Of a stretch of 64,000 nt of DNA, positions 1 to 15,000 are shown one piece after another. The notes below the pieces were generated by a model. The model had not been told where the DNA came from, searched no databases, and saw only the letters and a list, made by a program, of their open reading frames with translations. The DNA is from Antedon mediterranea (Eukaryota > Animalia > Echinodermata). The stretch lies in NCBI RefSeq assembly GCF_964355755.1, contig NC_092671.1, forward strand, positions 3,224,001 through 3,288,000, given 5' to 3'. The position numbers and the translations under genes were made by a program. The number at the start of each line of letters is the position of its first letter. The first letter of the stretch is position 1.

Positions 1-2
1 GA

Positions 3-1472
3 ATGATGAAACCAGACAAGCAAGACTTGATAATGGAAGGAAATGAGACGGAGAGAGGAAGTACAGTCAAGGAGGACAAAACTCTCCCTCATAAATATGC
101 TAATAAGTCATGTGACGTTGGCTCATTAACCATTCAGTCTTTAAATACTTCTAATTGTGATACATCACCAGAAAAGCGGATACTGCCTCAAGGGTCGGTG
201 GATGATAGGTTAAACCCGAACAAACTGTGTCGATACTCATATATGGACTGTACATCAAGATCTAAGAGATTACCACCAGGAGATATTCCTAATGAAACAG
301 ACATTGTTGTTTTAGAAAGGACAGACGACGACGCACATGGCGGTAAAACTGAAAGCAGACTAAATCAGTCAGTGGTAAATGATTCACTTTCTTCAAAATC
401 AAACGTTGAAAATAAAAATATAACAGATGAAGTATTATTTATAAACAATCTGCCACGAAGTCTTCTTGTACACATTTTTTCGATGTTAAAAATGCGGGAT
501 ATTTTAAATCATGCAGCGTGCGTATGCAAACTTTGGTACAGTATTAGCAAAGATCCGGATCTTTGGCGTAGCATCAGGTTAGAAGATTCACATGAGTATC
601 TACGAATCACAGACTGCATTCTGGATCGTGTCACATCGCTTAGCAACAACATTTCGTCAATATTACTTTCAGACTGCAGTCTCGTTACGGACAGCGGATT
701 ATCGTCTGTCCTCACTAAATGTTCAAATTTAAGGATTTTGCATTTATTACAGTAAGTACAGTATCAAAGATGTATATAGCAAACAAAGTTTAGGTAGGTG
801 TCAAACACTATTAATTAGTCTAGACAAAGACCTTTTAGGTGAGTAGTCCTGGCCACCTCAGCACAAATACACTCGATATAAAAATGTACTCAAATATGTA
901 TTGTGCACAAATTAATCAAAACTAAAAAATGAATACATTTTAAAATAAATTTTAATTTATATGCGTATCTTAATACTTTAGATGTTCAAGGTTAACAGAC
1001 ATGAGTTACACATCTATCGCTGACCACTGTCATCGGCTAAAGAAGTTGAACTTGTCGGGTTCTGTCGGTCTAACTGACGTCGCCCTTCAGAGGGTAAGTA
1101 AAACAGAACTGAAAAAAGTTCATATTGATACCATTTATTAAAAGAGTAGAAAAACTTGTACTGTAATACTTTTGTGTGAAACCTTTAGTCACTTTAATAA
1201 TAAAAATTAAAAGGTACAGTATTGATTGCCAAGGACTGAGTATGAAATTTAACGAACATTGGAGGGTGGGATTACACTTTGTGATTAAACAGTAATTTTT
1301 CTTGTTTTATTTTTCAAGATTGCCTGTAGCTGTAGGCAACTAGAACAAGTTAAATTGAACCAGTGTACACAAATAACAGATAAATCAACACAAGTTCTTG
1401 CCATCAAATGTCCGAACATTGAACTTATCACATTCCAAGAAAATAACCAGGTTTGATCAGTATATCACAGTA

Positions 1473-1503
<31 letters not shown>

Positions 1504-3346
1504 ACAAAAGGTTTTTTCCTGATGGCCAAGCGGTTAAAACAGTGGAACCATAATACCTAGCCATAACATCGGCAAGTGTCTAACTTGCACCATGGTTCTG
1601 GTGGTAGGACAAGTCTTCTCAGAAAAGGACTAACTGTAGATCCAGTGTACACATCTGGCTCATGTGCACTTTAAAGAACATAGTATATCTTTTTAGACAA
1701 GTAAGGGATTAAAACGGTGTACAAGTCCACACACAGTCACTCATCATGAGGGCCCCTTGTTTAGTGTCACCCTCTATAAATGAAGTTAAAATAAAGTATT
1801 TAAAAAAATAACACAGTATAATTGATTAATTGATTGATATTTGAAAGTGAAATAAAATTTTGTTCTTGAAAGGTGACGGACGCATCAGTTGAAGCTCTAT
1901 CTTCTCATTGCAAGTCTCTTCACTCTATAACAATACATAAATGTTCCCTTTCAATAAATGGTTTCTTCCATTTATCAAAAGTAAGTTTGTGGAATAATTG
2001 AGTTTACAAATACTGGGACCAAAATAAATTTGATTTGTACCCCATATATTTTGGCTATTTTAGTATAGAGTATTTTTCATTTACAGACTAGAGTTTGGGA
2101 CATACTCAGGAGGGGGAACCACTCAGGAGACAACCCTGTACAGGAGGCCCCACTATTCATAGGACCCAATTGTTCAGAGGGTTCCCCTATTGAGGAGACC
2201 CATATTGAGCACAATGCCGCAAAGGTGTCTCTATTGTATTTCAAACATCCACAAAATACTAAACCAACACGATTGGAGTACAAAAATTATTTAACACATT
2301 GCCATAGCCATGAGAATTGATGGTGGTGCGATTCTCGACACAAGAGGGAACAATCCCCTGTGGAGGTTATAAAAGGCTTCAGGTTGAAAAAATACCAGCC
2401 ATACTGGTGGCTACATAGCCCTGTATCAGTTAATAAAATATAGTATACCAATTGTGGTAGTTTCTTTAGCTACTTATTTCAATCTTTTTTTCTTCTTCTA
2501 CAGATTCCAACTTTAATAAACATTGACATTAGTAACAATAAGAATGTGAGCCCTCACGCTGTCAAGTATGTTATAGACCATTGTAAGCACATTCAGACGT
2601 TGAACCTCTGCCTATGTCACACTATTGATGATGACTGTATTCAACATATTTCCATTTATGCTAAAGAAATCAAGAAATTATTATTGGTGGGCTGTAAGCT
2701 AACAGACGCAGGTATAATATAATTTGTGACTACTATAAATTGCTTTAATTGTGGAATAAAAAAATGGTTAATAAGCTTATATTAAGGTTCTGGTTTCAAA
2801 TCTTCAAAAGTACAAGATATTTCCTTATAGCCAAATACCAACTACTTCTGTACCTGTAAGTCTATAGGCTCTTATATTTCCTATCAGTGACATTTGTTTT
2901 TTTTTTAAACTGGTAAAAATGTTTAAAATAAATAATTCAAAGAAAAAATTGTTAAAAATATTTTAAGGTGGCGTGGATGTTTTAATTTTATTAGTATGGT
3001 ATGGCATGCCATGTATGCATAAATATGCCTCAATTAAGAAAAAACAAAATCTTACTTTTTTACAGCTTTATTCAGTCTGGGAAAATATGCAAGTAACTTG
3101 GAACATGTTGACGTCGGTTGGTGCGAGGAAATCACGGATGAGGGCGTAATCTCAATATCGACTATGTGTGCGAGACTCAAGTACCTCGGCTTGATGCGCT
3201 GCGATAAAGTGTCTGACAGGACCATGCTGCAACTAGCCAAACAAAACAGTCATATTGTTTATAGTACATTTTTACTGGATAGCCAGAGACTCATAGCACA
3301 AGCCACTAGTCAAGGGTTCGAGTTTAAATTGGACGATGGGGATTAA
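3..3346 (+). CDS. FBXL17: F-box/LRR-repeat protein 17 (SCF substrate receptor); exons 3-751, 982-1093, 1319-1450, 1873-1980, 2504-2711, 3066-3346; true start may lie upstream of the window
   Basis: F-box (INNLPRSLLVHIFSML...VCKLWYSISKDPDLW) followed by Cys-containing LRRs. All introns are GT-AG with compatible phases. The last exon (VDVGWCEEITDEG...LKYLGLMRCDKV...HIVYSTFLLD) closely matches the C-terminus of vertebrate FBXL17 as I recall it. Confidence 0.9.
1476..1502. repeat. (TA)n microsatellite
   Basis: Run of TA dinucleotides in FBXL17 intron 3. Confidence 0.9.
1518..1800 (+). mobile_element. degenerate tRNA-derived SINE-like element in FBXL17 intron 3
   Basis: A-box-like TGGCCAAGCGG at about 1523, a core segment CATGTGCACTTTAAAGAAC and an A-rich tail; B box is degenerate. 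Confidence 0.4.
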
Positions 3347-3759
3347 GTTTGTTGACCATATCACTTTTCAGCTATGGAGTCTAACAGTCATTCTACACAT
3401 GACCTAAATGAAACATTTTGAAGAAAAAATTGTACTCTCTTTATTGAGAAGTCTTTGACCTCCTTATTGTGTGCTTTAGTAACTATGCCTACGAACTCTG
3501 AATGTTTTTTAAATAGGCTGACCACACCATTTTTGAGAAATGAGGGGCTGGAGCTGGCTCGTCCTTCTTGGTAAATACGTGTTTGCAACACTTCCGAATA
3601 TCCCTGCTTTGTTCTCATGATTCAAAATATAGTAATTTCGATACATAAATTAACAATTATGTACAATTTAATGATTAAAACTTTGTACCCATAATTAAAA
3701 ATGAATTCATTAATTCTACTACATTGCTGCATGTTTAAATAAGTATTATAATAACATTT

Positions 3760-4251
3760 TCAGGACCAATATTGACTATGTCAACAGTACTTGCTTCACC
3801 TTACTCAATTAATTTTATTAACTTACCTTAAGTAAAAAAGTAGAAATAAACTCATTTTACACTACCACCATCTAGAACAAATGTGTATATGTAAATACTG
3901 TAATATATCAAGTGAATAAAAGGCGTATTAAGTGAATAAAAGTGTATTTGTAGGTTACAATATAATGATTGTAATTTGGATACAACACAACACACAGATA
4001 TCAGGACCAATATTGACTATGTCAACAGTACTTGCTTCACCTTACTCAATTAATTTTATTAACTTACCTTAAGTAAAAAAGTAGAAATAAAGTTAAATAC
4101 TCATTTTACACTACCACCATCTAGAACAAATGTGTATATGTAAATACTGTAATATATCAAGTGAATAAAAGGCGTATTAAGTGAATAAAAGTGTATTTGT
4201 AGGTTACAATATAATGATTGTAATTTGGATACAACACAACACACAGATATC
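3760..4251. repeat. near-perfect tandem duplication of about 241 bp downstream of FBXL17 (putative 3' UTR)
   Basis: TCAGGACCAATATTGACTATG...CACACAGATATC starts at 3760 and again at 4001; copy 2 has a 9-bp insertion; each copy contains AATAAA hexamers. Confidence 0.95.
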
Positions 4252-5285
4252 GTGAATTGTAGTTAAATTAAAATAAAATCAATTTTGTGTAAAAATGTTT
4301 CAGTCCAATTTCTATAGAAAACTGTTTATAAAATTATCAAATCCATTTTGTCTGATGCTTTTATATGGTCCAATTATATCAAACACAATTGTAATCATGT
4401 CTAATTATAATCATACCTGTAATTAATATTAATTATTTGAGAAAAGTTTTAGTGATTAAATATTTGCTGGTGCAATTATCCATATTTATGTAAATTGTGA
4501 AACACCTGTATGTACAGTACGTAATAAAATAACTTTGTCAAAGTCAACAAATAAGACAAATGTGTCATCTGTATTATTTCAATGTATTATTAAACAAAAA
4601 ATATTAAATCAAAAATTCAACAACTTGAATACATGAATAACATGAGCAAATAAATCATACACACAAAATTGAAATTGTAAATTTTATTAAATTATCAACG
4701 ATAACAGATATATGATTTGGTATTTGGTTTTTGATTTTTAACAATTTAACAAAAGTAACACAACATTTAAATTTTAAACTATTTACTTGCAACATAACTT
4801 TTGTTTTCAACTTTTGGATTTAACCTGTATAGATATAATCAAAATTATACATCTGTGAACAATATGGTAGGTGTGTCTTAACTTGTGATCAATAAGAGGT
4901 CGGACAAGCCAACCTTACAATGAATTAATTATTGCTGTTTATACTTTTCATCCTATAAATGCTTTGGTTTTAAACAGCTTTATCCATTTCTATTATTATT
5001 AAGTGAATATAGTGCATTTATACATAAATACAACAAATGCTATCCCATGGAAACATGGTCTGGTTTCAGACATTATTTGAATCAGGCATGGGTACCTATC
5101 ATGCCTGGTACAGTCGTATAAATGCTGTGGCCAGAATCTATTGTTCTTCGGGCCCAAGAGTGACCATTATTGTCCTTTTGATTGAATAAGGCAGTAAGCA
5201 GTGGTCAATGGGTCACTTGTCTGCCTAATTTACCTCAATTGTTTAGATTTCAACGGCTTATTTTTTAATTCAATTGAAACTGGTT

Positions 5286-8227
5286 TTAGTCATCTTCATC
5301 TTCACTGTCACCAGTTGTGAGAAGAAACCGGCACACCGGACAGGTTCCAGACTAATATAAAAAAAAAAATCATTATTATTATTTAAAAAAAATTTTATAA
5401 CATCAAGAATATTCCACATTTTGAACAACTGCAGTGAAATTAGAAGCTGCAATACCAGACAAAAACATATTTAGAAAATAAATTTCTTTTATAACTGTAA
5501 ACCTAATAGTAAATGTATTACAATCTCTAACAAGGTCATATACATGACTGCAGTCGCGTGCTCAAGTTAGTGTTTACCGACCAACTGACCGACATAGTGA
5601 GCTGTAGAGTCGCGTTGCACGCGGTCCCAGAAGAAAAGAAAATATCGGGAGACAGTGGCCAATTCAGAGGACCTAGAATAGAGTCTAAATTGTAAAGGAG
5701 AACTATTAATATTCGGATGAATGGGGCAGATTGCACTTAAAGCAGGAGATAGATCACTTGGAGGAAATATTTGCAATTATTGTTTGAATTGAAGGGTCTG
5801 AAAGAATACCACCACCACTATAATACCTTACCTTGTGTAACCAGGCTACTACACAGATACGGTGAAACATGTGTTTGCAGGGTAACTGCGTCAGCTTCTC
5901 ATTCAAATCGTAATCACTTCTACATATTGCACATGATGTTTCCTTGCCTGTAAGTAATAAAAGAAAAAGATAACAATTTCAAGATGAAACTTATTGAATA
6001 AATATTTTATAAATTATCGCACATTTTAGAATACAATATTACAACAATATAGTTTAAATAAATACCACAATGTATACCACAAAATACAAAAAATGGTAAA
6101 AATAAATGTGTCTACTATTGGGGGGAATATCACAAGGTTAGGAACAAAGGTGGTACCCAATGGAAAGTTTTACATTGACATTAGAAGGGGTAATTTTCAA
6201 CAGAAGAAATTCTCCCTATAGTTAGGCAGTACTATTTAAACATACTTAAAGTTTCTTTGGTTGCCATGACGGTAGGAAGTGCAGAGATAGTCACGTCTGA
6301 AGCTGGAGAGGGCGCTTTATCATCTTCAAGCTCAGGATGAGAGGCCAGCAGTAGTAGTAAAGTCTAAAAAGTACAAATAAATTGGTTTTTTTTACACATT
6401 AGTTACAAGGTCAAGGATGCCATCTCCCAATTTGACTCTTTCTATCATTTTTTTTGTGGGCAAATTACAGGTACAGTGTTGCTCATTATGTGCTGAACAT
6501 CAGTTCCATCTCATTTTTTAGCGAAAGATCTAAAATTAGTATATTGTTTCAGCATTTCAAATCAATTTGTTTTGGTAGGGTTGGTGCCAGAGAAATAAAG
6601 TTTACAATCTTTTTTGTCTCTCTACAACTTTTGCATCTTTGTTGGTTAGACTACAAACAGATGGTAAGTAAGAAGGTTGAACCTCTGAAAAGAAGATTTT
6701 GTGTTCCAATTAGCATGATTATGTCAATACAATACTGTATCAATACATTACCTCAATGAAGTCATCATCACCAAACTCCTCCGCAAGAAGTAAGCCTAAT
6801 AAGATATTGGAATGACGAGCATCTTCAACATAGTCTTCAGATATACTGTAAACAAAGTTGTTTACCAAATAAATGATGAGGTCTTTGGTTAAAGAAAATT
6901 TAAATAAACAAAATATAAACAGTTTGTAGGGATTAAATTGTGTTTTTGGCATTATTACCTGAATTAGGAAAAAAATTAATTAAAATCAGCATTTTATTTG
7001 TATTTAAAGTTTTAACCATATCTTTGTATGCCGTTCAATTGAATTTTCAGGAATTCATAGACAAATTATATAGATTCAAGATTAAACTTATGTTGTCTAA
7101 ATTTTATTATAATGGAAAATAGTACACGTTCACATCAAACTTTTAAGTAAAAATACATAGAAAACAAAAACATTACAAACTATATAAATACTGACAAATA
7201 AACTGCTTTTTTTTGTAATAATGGATGGATTATTAAATATTTAAAATTTTATGTACCTGTATATTAAATCATCCTCACTTATATCTGAATCTTCTGCACT
7301 ATTTTCAGAAAGATAGTTCATCCAATGAAAATCATCGGACTCGCTAGATTCTACATCTCTCCAAAAATCATCGCTATCGCTGTCATCGCTAGAAAAGCAC
7401 CAATTGAACGAATCATCATCGTAGCATTCCCAGTCCGATGAACACGGGGAAGAAATACCTCCCTCATTTACCGACGGCAAACCTCTCAAACACGCTGGGT
7501 CAGATTGCAGGTCCCTACTGGTCCCCACCTTTTCGTGCTCCGCTGGTTTAACCTTTTTAGAAGACTTTGTGGGACCCTGTGAAAACTTTTTCTCAACTTT
7601 GGTAATTTTCTTTTTTTTACTACTTTTCTCATATCGAGAACTTGACTGAGATTCCCCAGGTCTGCAGGAATCTGATGATGTTGATTGGCGATCTCGTTTT
7701 CCATTTCTCGATGGTACACAGTCTTGTTTTTTTGTAGTTTCATTTTTACTTTTGGTTTTCTTTGATCGCACGCTAGTCTTCGGTATTTTGTCTTTATTCT
7801 GCAATTTCTGTGGTTTTGAACTTTCAACATTTTCTTTTTTTGATTTGGCCGATTGCTTTGTGACGTTTGTTTGAACACACCTGACTAGGCGCTCCTGTGG
7901 AATTCTGGAAGTGGCACTTTTATTTTTGCATTTTCTAGTTTTCTTTTCACAAGGTTCAAGGAGTTCACAAGCAGAATCATCCGAACATTTAGGCGGATAC
8001 CGAGTCTTATTTCTGGCTGGTTTTTGTATACATGTTGATCTCGTACAATACTTGAAATTAAAACATCTACTTGGCCTATCCTCTTTTGAATCATAGCACA
8101 ACTTGCTTTGTTTCGATTTCTTTTTTTGCTTCGGATTTTTACATTTGATTTTCCCATTAACTACAACTTTCTTGTTGGTTGTTTTTGGTTTTTTAAATAC
8201 CAAATCTTCCACAGATGTAGATGTCAT
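5286..8227 (-). CDS. PJA2: Praja-like RING-H2 E3 ubiquitin ligase; coding exons 8227-7257, 6845-6752, 6363-6246, 5947-5832, 5351-5286 (probable 5' UTR exon near 8576-8640)
   Basis: Spliced translation ends ...APSPASDVTISALPTV...CAICRSDYDLNEKLTQLPCKHMFHRICVVAWLHK|SGTCPVCRFLL. This is a RING-H2 with the Praja-type WLxKSGTCPVCR ending and an upstream PAS..I..LP motif. It has a long disordered Lys-rich then acidic N-terminus, and all junctions are GT-AG and in phase. Confidence 0.8.
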
Positions 8228-9071
8228 AGTTACATCTAGCTACTACAATATAAAAGAATTTTATATAATTATCAGGCCACTCACTGCATAATTAATTCAG
8301 GCAAGAGTGCAACCACATAATTAAGGACCAATGGACCAATAAAATGGCAAGGTCCTAACCTTCTTGGCAAGAAGGAGGAAGCAGTGGCACAGGAGGAGGA
8401 CAGATGTGGTGGTGGTGTGTGTTCTGGAATTGATGGGATCCCTCTAGCTAGATAAACCCATACCAATACCGCCACCGAGATATGCCTTCCCTAGTATTTA
8501 GGCTAGGCCTAATTATTAAATTTACTTGGATGGCCTAGGCCTAGGCCTAGTGGTGGTTGTCTTTCAAATACATACCTGGCGGAACTGAGAGAACATACCC
8601 ACCCAAAGAACTTATCGCATCCTTAGCGACGATTAGTATGGAACGTCATAGTATGGAACGGTAAATGCGTCTTAATATCCCATATCAGTACTAACGGTAC
8701 GCTGCAGGTTTGATTGCCATTTAACAATAGCAGAGACTTCTGAAAATACACCAACAACTTTTGGAGCCTCTTATGACCTTTTTAAAAACTATTTAAAAAA
8801 ACTATCAATCTCATTCTGGATACCAAGTGACTATAGGAAAAATAAATACTGATCCATCTAGTGTACATTTAGCATTTATTTCTGCCTGTCGCGTGTGAAG
8901 AACGAATATGTAAAACAGTATTTTTTTGTAACACCACACGTTTTTCAAGATAAAAAATAATTCACAAAACCTTTTTAGTAAATTTTGGTTATTTTTATTG
9001 AAATTTTTATTATTTAAACAGTACAATTTTACATCAAGACTTTTTGTATTATTATTTTTTAAATATTTTAA

Positions 9072-12000
9072 TTAGTGTGGACAGTACTTTTCGTCCGTGT
9101 TGTCTTGACAATCTTGCTGTTCGTCGCATCGCTTGCTTAAAGGAAGACAGACGTCATTATCACAAATCATCTCGTCAATAGTACAAGGTGCTTTACAGTG
9201 TTTCTCATCGTCACCATCCGGTATGCAATCAACATGCCCATCGCAAACTTTACCTTCCGATATACAATATCTACTTTTACATAAATATTGGCTTTTACTG
9301 CATTTGGCAGAACAGTGTAATTCGTCCTCTCCGGAATAGCAGTCCTTAAATCCGTTGCAAACTTTCTGATATGGTAAACATGACCTATCACACTGAAACT
9401 CTCCGTTTCGACAAATCGGGACGCAGTGTTTCTCGTCCTGCCTTTGCGCTAAACAATCGTACTGCCCATCACACACTTCACTGAAGGGTATACACAAACC
9501 GTCTCCGCACTGGAACTCGCCTATTTAGAGATAAAATATAACCAGTAAATACAATTTATATAAGTAAATACATTTATTTCCTCAACCACATCTAAAAAGT
9601 ATTTTTATTGTAAAGTTGTTGAATAGGCTATTTAATGGAAAACAACCCGTTATTGATTTAAACAACTTAGATTAAAACAAATTTACCCGATAACATCGTA
9701 ATTTTTTTTTAAAGCCCATTTGTATGGATTGAAATAAATAAGATTTCGGTTAAATTCAACTAAAAAATGGCTTGTTCAAATTTTGTTCAAAAAAAAAGTT
9801 CATTCTTATATAGCGCATAAGCAAGCTCTCAATGCGCTGAACATAACATATAAACACAATGCGGTACAGATAAAAAACAAGATAGTTTATTAAATCACTT
9901 ACCAGTTTGACATCGATGTGAACAGTGCAACTCATCTTCACCCCATCCACAGTCATCAAACCCATCACACACTTTATCAAGAGGTATACATTTTTCATCT
10001 TGGCACTGGAACGTATTGACACATAGTGACGTACAGAATGCTTCATCTTCGCCATTACTAGAACAGTGCTTAACACCATCGCAAACTTTCTCCGAACTTA
10101 TACACTCGCCACTAGTACATTGGAAGTCGCCGTTCTTGCAAATTGGTTCACAATTCCCTTCATCCGCATTGTTTGGGCAATCGGGGTTACCATCACACAC
10201 CAGATAATAATCCAAACATATGTCATTCTGGCATTGAAACGAGCCGGATGGACAACTCGGAATACAGAGAAGTTCTTCTTCGCCGGCGTAACAGTCGAAA
10301 ACAGTATCGCAAACTTTCTCTTTTGGGATGCACTCACCATTTCTACATTGAAATTCGTCATATTCGCATGTCATGTGACAGTGTTGCTCATCTTCACCGT
10401 CAGGTTGACAGTCTCGGTAACCATTACATATGTTATCGTTTGGAATACAAGAGCTGTTTTTACAACGGTACTCATGAAAACCGCAAAGTGGTTTACAGAG
10501 AGATTCATCCTCACCGTGTGATTCACAGTTATTGACTCCATCACAGACATGGATATACGGAATACACGAACCGTCTTTACATTGGAATTCGGTGTCGGCG
10601 CAGATTTGACCGCAGTTGAACTCGTCCTCTCCTCTAGGATGACAATGCCGAATACCATCACAAACCTGATAAGATATACATTCTCCGCTTAGGCATTGGA
10701 ATTCTCTAGATCCGCACACAGGTCGACAGAACTTCTCATCTTCTCCGTCAGGCTTACAATCAATGTGATTATTACAGACTTTCTGATGCGGAATACAGGA
10801 ACCGTCGTCGCATAAAAACTCACTGATCAAACAGGGGTTGTCACAATGCGCTTCGTCTATCCCTGAAGGGCAGTCGTCAAAACCATTGCATATCTCATCA
10901 TACGATATACAAGATTTATCAAAACACTGTAGTTGACTTTTTTGGCAAACGGGAGTACAATGAAGTTCGTCGTATCCGTGTGGACAGTCCTTAACCCCAT
11001 CGCATACTTGATCGTGATCTATGCATGTGAATTTATCTTTACATTGGAATTCAGTTTGGTCGCAGCTATGTATACAGTGCGTCTCGTCATCATTTCCGTA
11101 CGGACAATCAACGATTCCATCGCAGACACTTGAGAACAGTATACACGTTCCGTCGTTGCAGACAAACTCCGTAGTTTTGCATTTAGAGAAGCAGTTTGTT
11201 TCATCCTCAATGGAGTTACCACAATCTTTAATACCATCGCATACTTTTTGTTTTGGTATACAAACACCGGAGTTGCATTGGAATTCACCTTTTGCACAAT
11301 TTGATAAGCAGAATTCATCATCTCCAATAGGAAGACAATCGCGGACACCATCACAGACACGATCAGTCGAAATACAGTTTCCCTCTCTGCATCTGTATTC
11401 AGTTTTCTTGTCACACGGCCACTTACAATGTTGTTCATCTTCGCCATATGGACAATCTTTCTTACCGTCGCAAATATTTTCAAATAACACGCAGCTTCTA
11501 TCTGGACATTGGAATTCATTTTTCTCACAAACTCTTAGGCAATGTTTTTCATCTTCGTTCTCTGGGCAGTGTTTATGGCCATCGCAAACTTGTTCAGTAG
11601 GAATACAAGAACCGTCTCGACACTGATGCTCACCGAATTCACAGACGCTCTTACAGACCTTTTCATCTTCACCGGATGGACAATCGATGATGCCATTACA
11701 CAGCTTGTGAATGCTTATACATGGCCCATGTACACATGGAAACTCTTCCTTTTTACATCTTTGGTTGCAGTTAAGTTCGTCAGCGCCATGAGCACAGTCA
11801 ACGTGCCCATTACACACTTGTTCACGAGTGATGCACGTGCCATCGTAAGGACAGAGGAAGTCATGACCAGTACATAGTGGATCACACGTCTTTTCATCTT
11901 CGCCTTCTGGTAAACAGTCTTTAACGTGATCGCACACTTTTGTGTACGGTATACATGTGTTGTTTCTACATTGGAAATGGCCCGGTTGGCATTTGAATTC

Positions 12001-15000
12001 ACAGTTATGTTCGTCTTCGGAACCTGGACAGTCTTTGTAACCGTTACAAACTTTACTCTGCACAATAGACGATCCGTCAAAACATTGGAATTGTGTTGGA
12101 GAAGAAACTTGATCACAAAACTGCTCATCTTTCTGGGTTCCATAACAATCAACAATTGAATCACAAACTTGCGAATACAATATACAAGTACCGTCATCAC
12201 ACGAGTACTCGTTATGGCTGCATTTAAACTTGCAATTTTCTTCATCTATCCAACTTGGTTTACAGTCTGGTTGACCATCACATACCTTCTCTCGTGGTAT
12301 ACACTCTCCGTCAGGACATGTGAATTCTGTATCGACGCAATAAGTAGAACAATAAAATTCATCCTCACCGTCAGGCTTACAATCTTTAGCACCGTCGCAT
12401 ACAGTTTCATAATTTAGACAAGTTCCATCAAGGCAAACGAATTCACCATCGTCGCACGGTTTTATGCAATGCTTCTCATCTTCACCTGTAGGCTGGCAAT
12501 GAATGGTACCATCACACACTTTATGCAAGTCAATACACGAACCATCTAAGCATTGGAATTGATGGTAAGTACACGCAGCGTGGCAGTTTGCTTCATCGTT
12601 GTCGCAGTTTGGTTCGGTATTACAAACGTTCTCAAAAGGTAGGCAAGAACCATCGTTACATTGGAATTCATGATATTGACATACTTGATCGCAACTGTGT
12701 TCATCCTCTCCGGTTGGTGCACAATCAGTCTTGCCATCACATACATCTGAATACGGTATACATGTTCCATCGGCACATTGGAATTGGTAAGGAGTACAGA
12801 TAGGTAGGCAATGATGTTCATCTTCACCTTCAGGCCAACATTGTTTTTCACCATCACATACTTTACTAAATGGAATACACGTACCGTTGTGACATCGGAA
12901 CTCCCCATAGTGACATTTCGATGCACAGTGATTTTCATCTTCTCCGCTGTAACCACAATCAAATTTACCATCACATACCTGTGCGTTGTGTATACACGTG
13001 TTGTCGGCGCACTGGAACTTAGTTGGTGAGCAGCGATGAGAACATGCGGTTTCGTCTTCGCCGCTTGGATAACAATCCATTACACCGTCACAAATATTTT
13101 GGTATGAGATACAAGAGAAATCGTTACATTGAAATTCATCCTTATGACATTCTGGCGCACAAACCTTTTCTTCTTCGCCCCAAGCACAATCCGCGTATCC
13201 ATTACAGATTTGATCGAATGAAATACATTTTCCGTCTTTGCACTGAAACTCGCCCTTTCTACATTTGTGTTCACAGTTGTTTTCATCTTCGCCGTTTGAG
13301 CACTGTTGTTCTTTATCACATACGTGTTCGTATTGTATACATTTACCATCTAAACAGCTGAATTCATCATATAGACAAGGATGTTTACAATTATGTTCAT
13401 CTTCCCCGCTGCCACGACAATCTTTATTTCCATTACAAAGTAAATCATTTTGAATACATGAACCATCCGGGCAGAGGAATTCGTGATGTCCGCATGGGCC
13501 CGAACAAAGTTTCTCATCTTCGGCTTCATGGCAGTCCGATACTCCATTGCAGAGGCTTGTAATTGAAATACAAACACCGTTCAAACATCTAAATTTCCCA
13601 ACGTTGCATTCAAATTGACAGAATATTTCATCCAGACCGGACGGCCAGCAGTCTACCTTACCATCACAGACATTGTTTGGGTTGAGACACTTACCGCTCG
13701 GGCATCGAAATTGATGGAATGGACATGGAGATTCACAGAAACTTTCATCTTCGCCGTCAGGCTCGCAATCTATATAATGATTACAAACATCAGATTCTCT
13801 TAAGCATTTACCGTCGTTACACACGAATTTACCTTCACAGTTTGAGACACAGTTCTTCTCGTCATCGCCGGTATCACTGCAGTCCATCACGCCGTCGCAA
13901 ACCTTCTGAAACGGCAAACAAGTCCCGTCCTCACAATGATACTCCCCGGCTTCACATACGTAAAAGCAATGAGTTTCGTCGTCCCCGAGTAAACAGTCCT
14001 GATGGCCGTCGCAGATTTTAGATTTGGATAGACAACGCCCATCGCACGGGAATTGGTAGCGATTACATTTATGTTGACAATTTAATTCGTCTTCACCGTC
14101 TTCACAATCATTATAGGCGTTGCAAAGGTTACTAGAGTGAATACATGTACCATCTATACATTGGAATTCATCGGGTTTGCACAAAGCAATACAGTGGTCC
14201 TCATCTTCTCCATGCGGAAGACAATGTATTACGCCATCACACACCTCATGCGTAAAGATACAACTTCCGGAATGACATTGGAACTGATCAGACGGACACG
14301 GTGCTCGGCAACCTAATTCGTCTTCGTTATGTGGACAATCATGCACGCCATCACAAACCTTTGATTTTGGGATGCAATCGAATTTACAGGCATATTCTTC
14401 TGTTTGGCAATTTGGCTTACAGTTTTGTTCGTCTTCTTTTGCGTGTAAACAGTCAATGGTTCCATCACATACTCGCTTGTAATCAATACAAGTGCCGTCT
14501 AAGCACTGAAACTCCTCGTGTTTACACGGAGAATGGCAAAACTTTTCATCATCTCCTCCAGGAAAGCAATCAACAGTTCCGTCACATAATTTATCAAATG
14601 GTAAACATTGTCCATCCGGACAAATTGAATCATGAACACCGCATATAAAGTTACAATTTAACTCATCTTCGCCTCCGGTACAATCTTTTACCGCATTACA
14701 TACTTTTGCTTGGTCTAGACATTCACCATTATAGCACTGAAACTTGTATTCACACGGTGCTTTGCAGTAGTCTTCATCTTCCCCGTACGGTAAGCAGTCA
14801 ATATTGTGGTCACATACGTTATCGTAGGAGATACATGATCCATCGCTGCATTGGAATTCCCCAGAGTGACAGTCGGGGCGACAGTGATTTTCATCATCGT
14901 TTGTATATTCGCAGTCAATCTTACCGTCACAAACCTTGCTAAACTCAATACACGTTCCGTCGTTACATTTGAATTCTTTATGTTCACAGTTCGGTGTACA

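Noticed and set aside
7241-8227. Stand-alone Lys-rich orphan gene
   Set aside because: It has a good splice donor at 7256 and joins in phase to the Praja RING exons.
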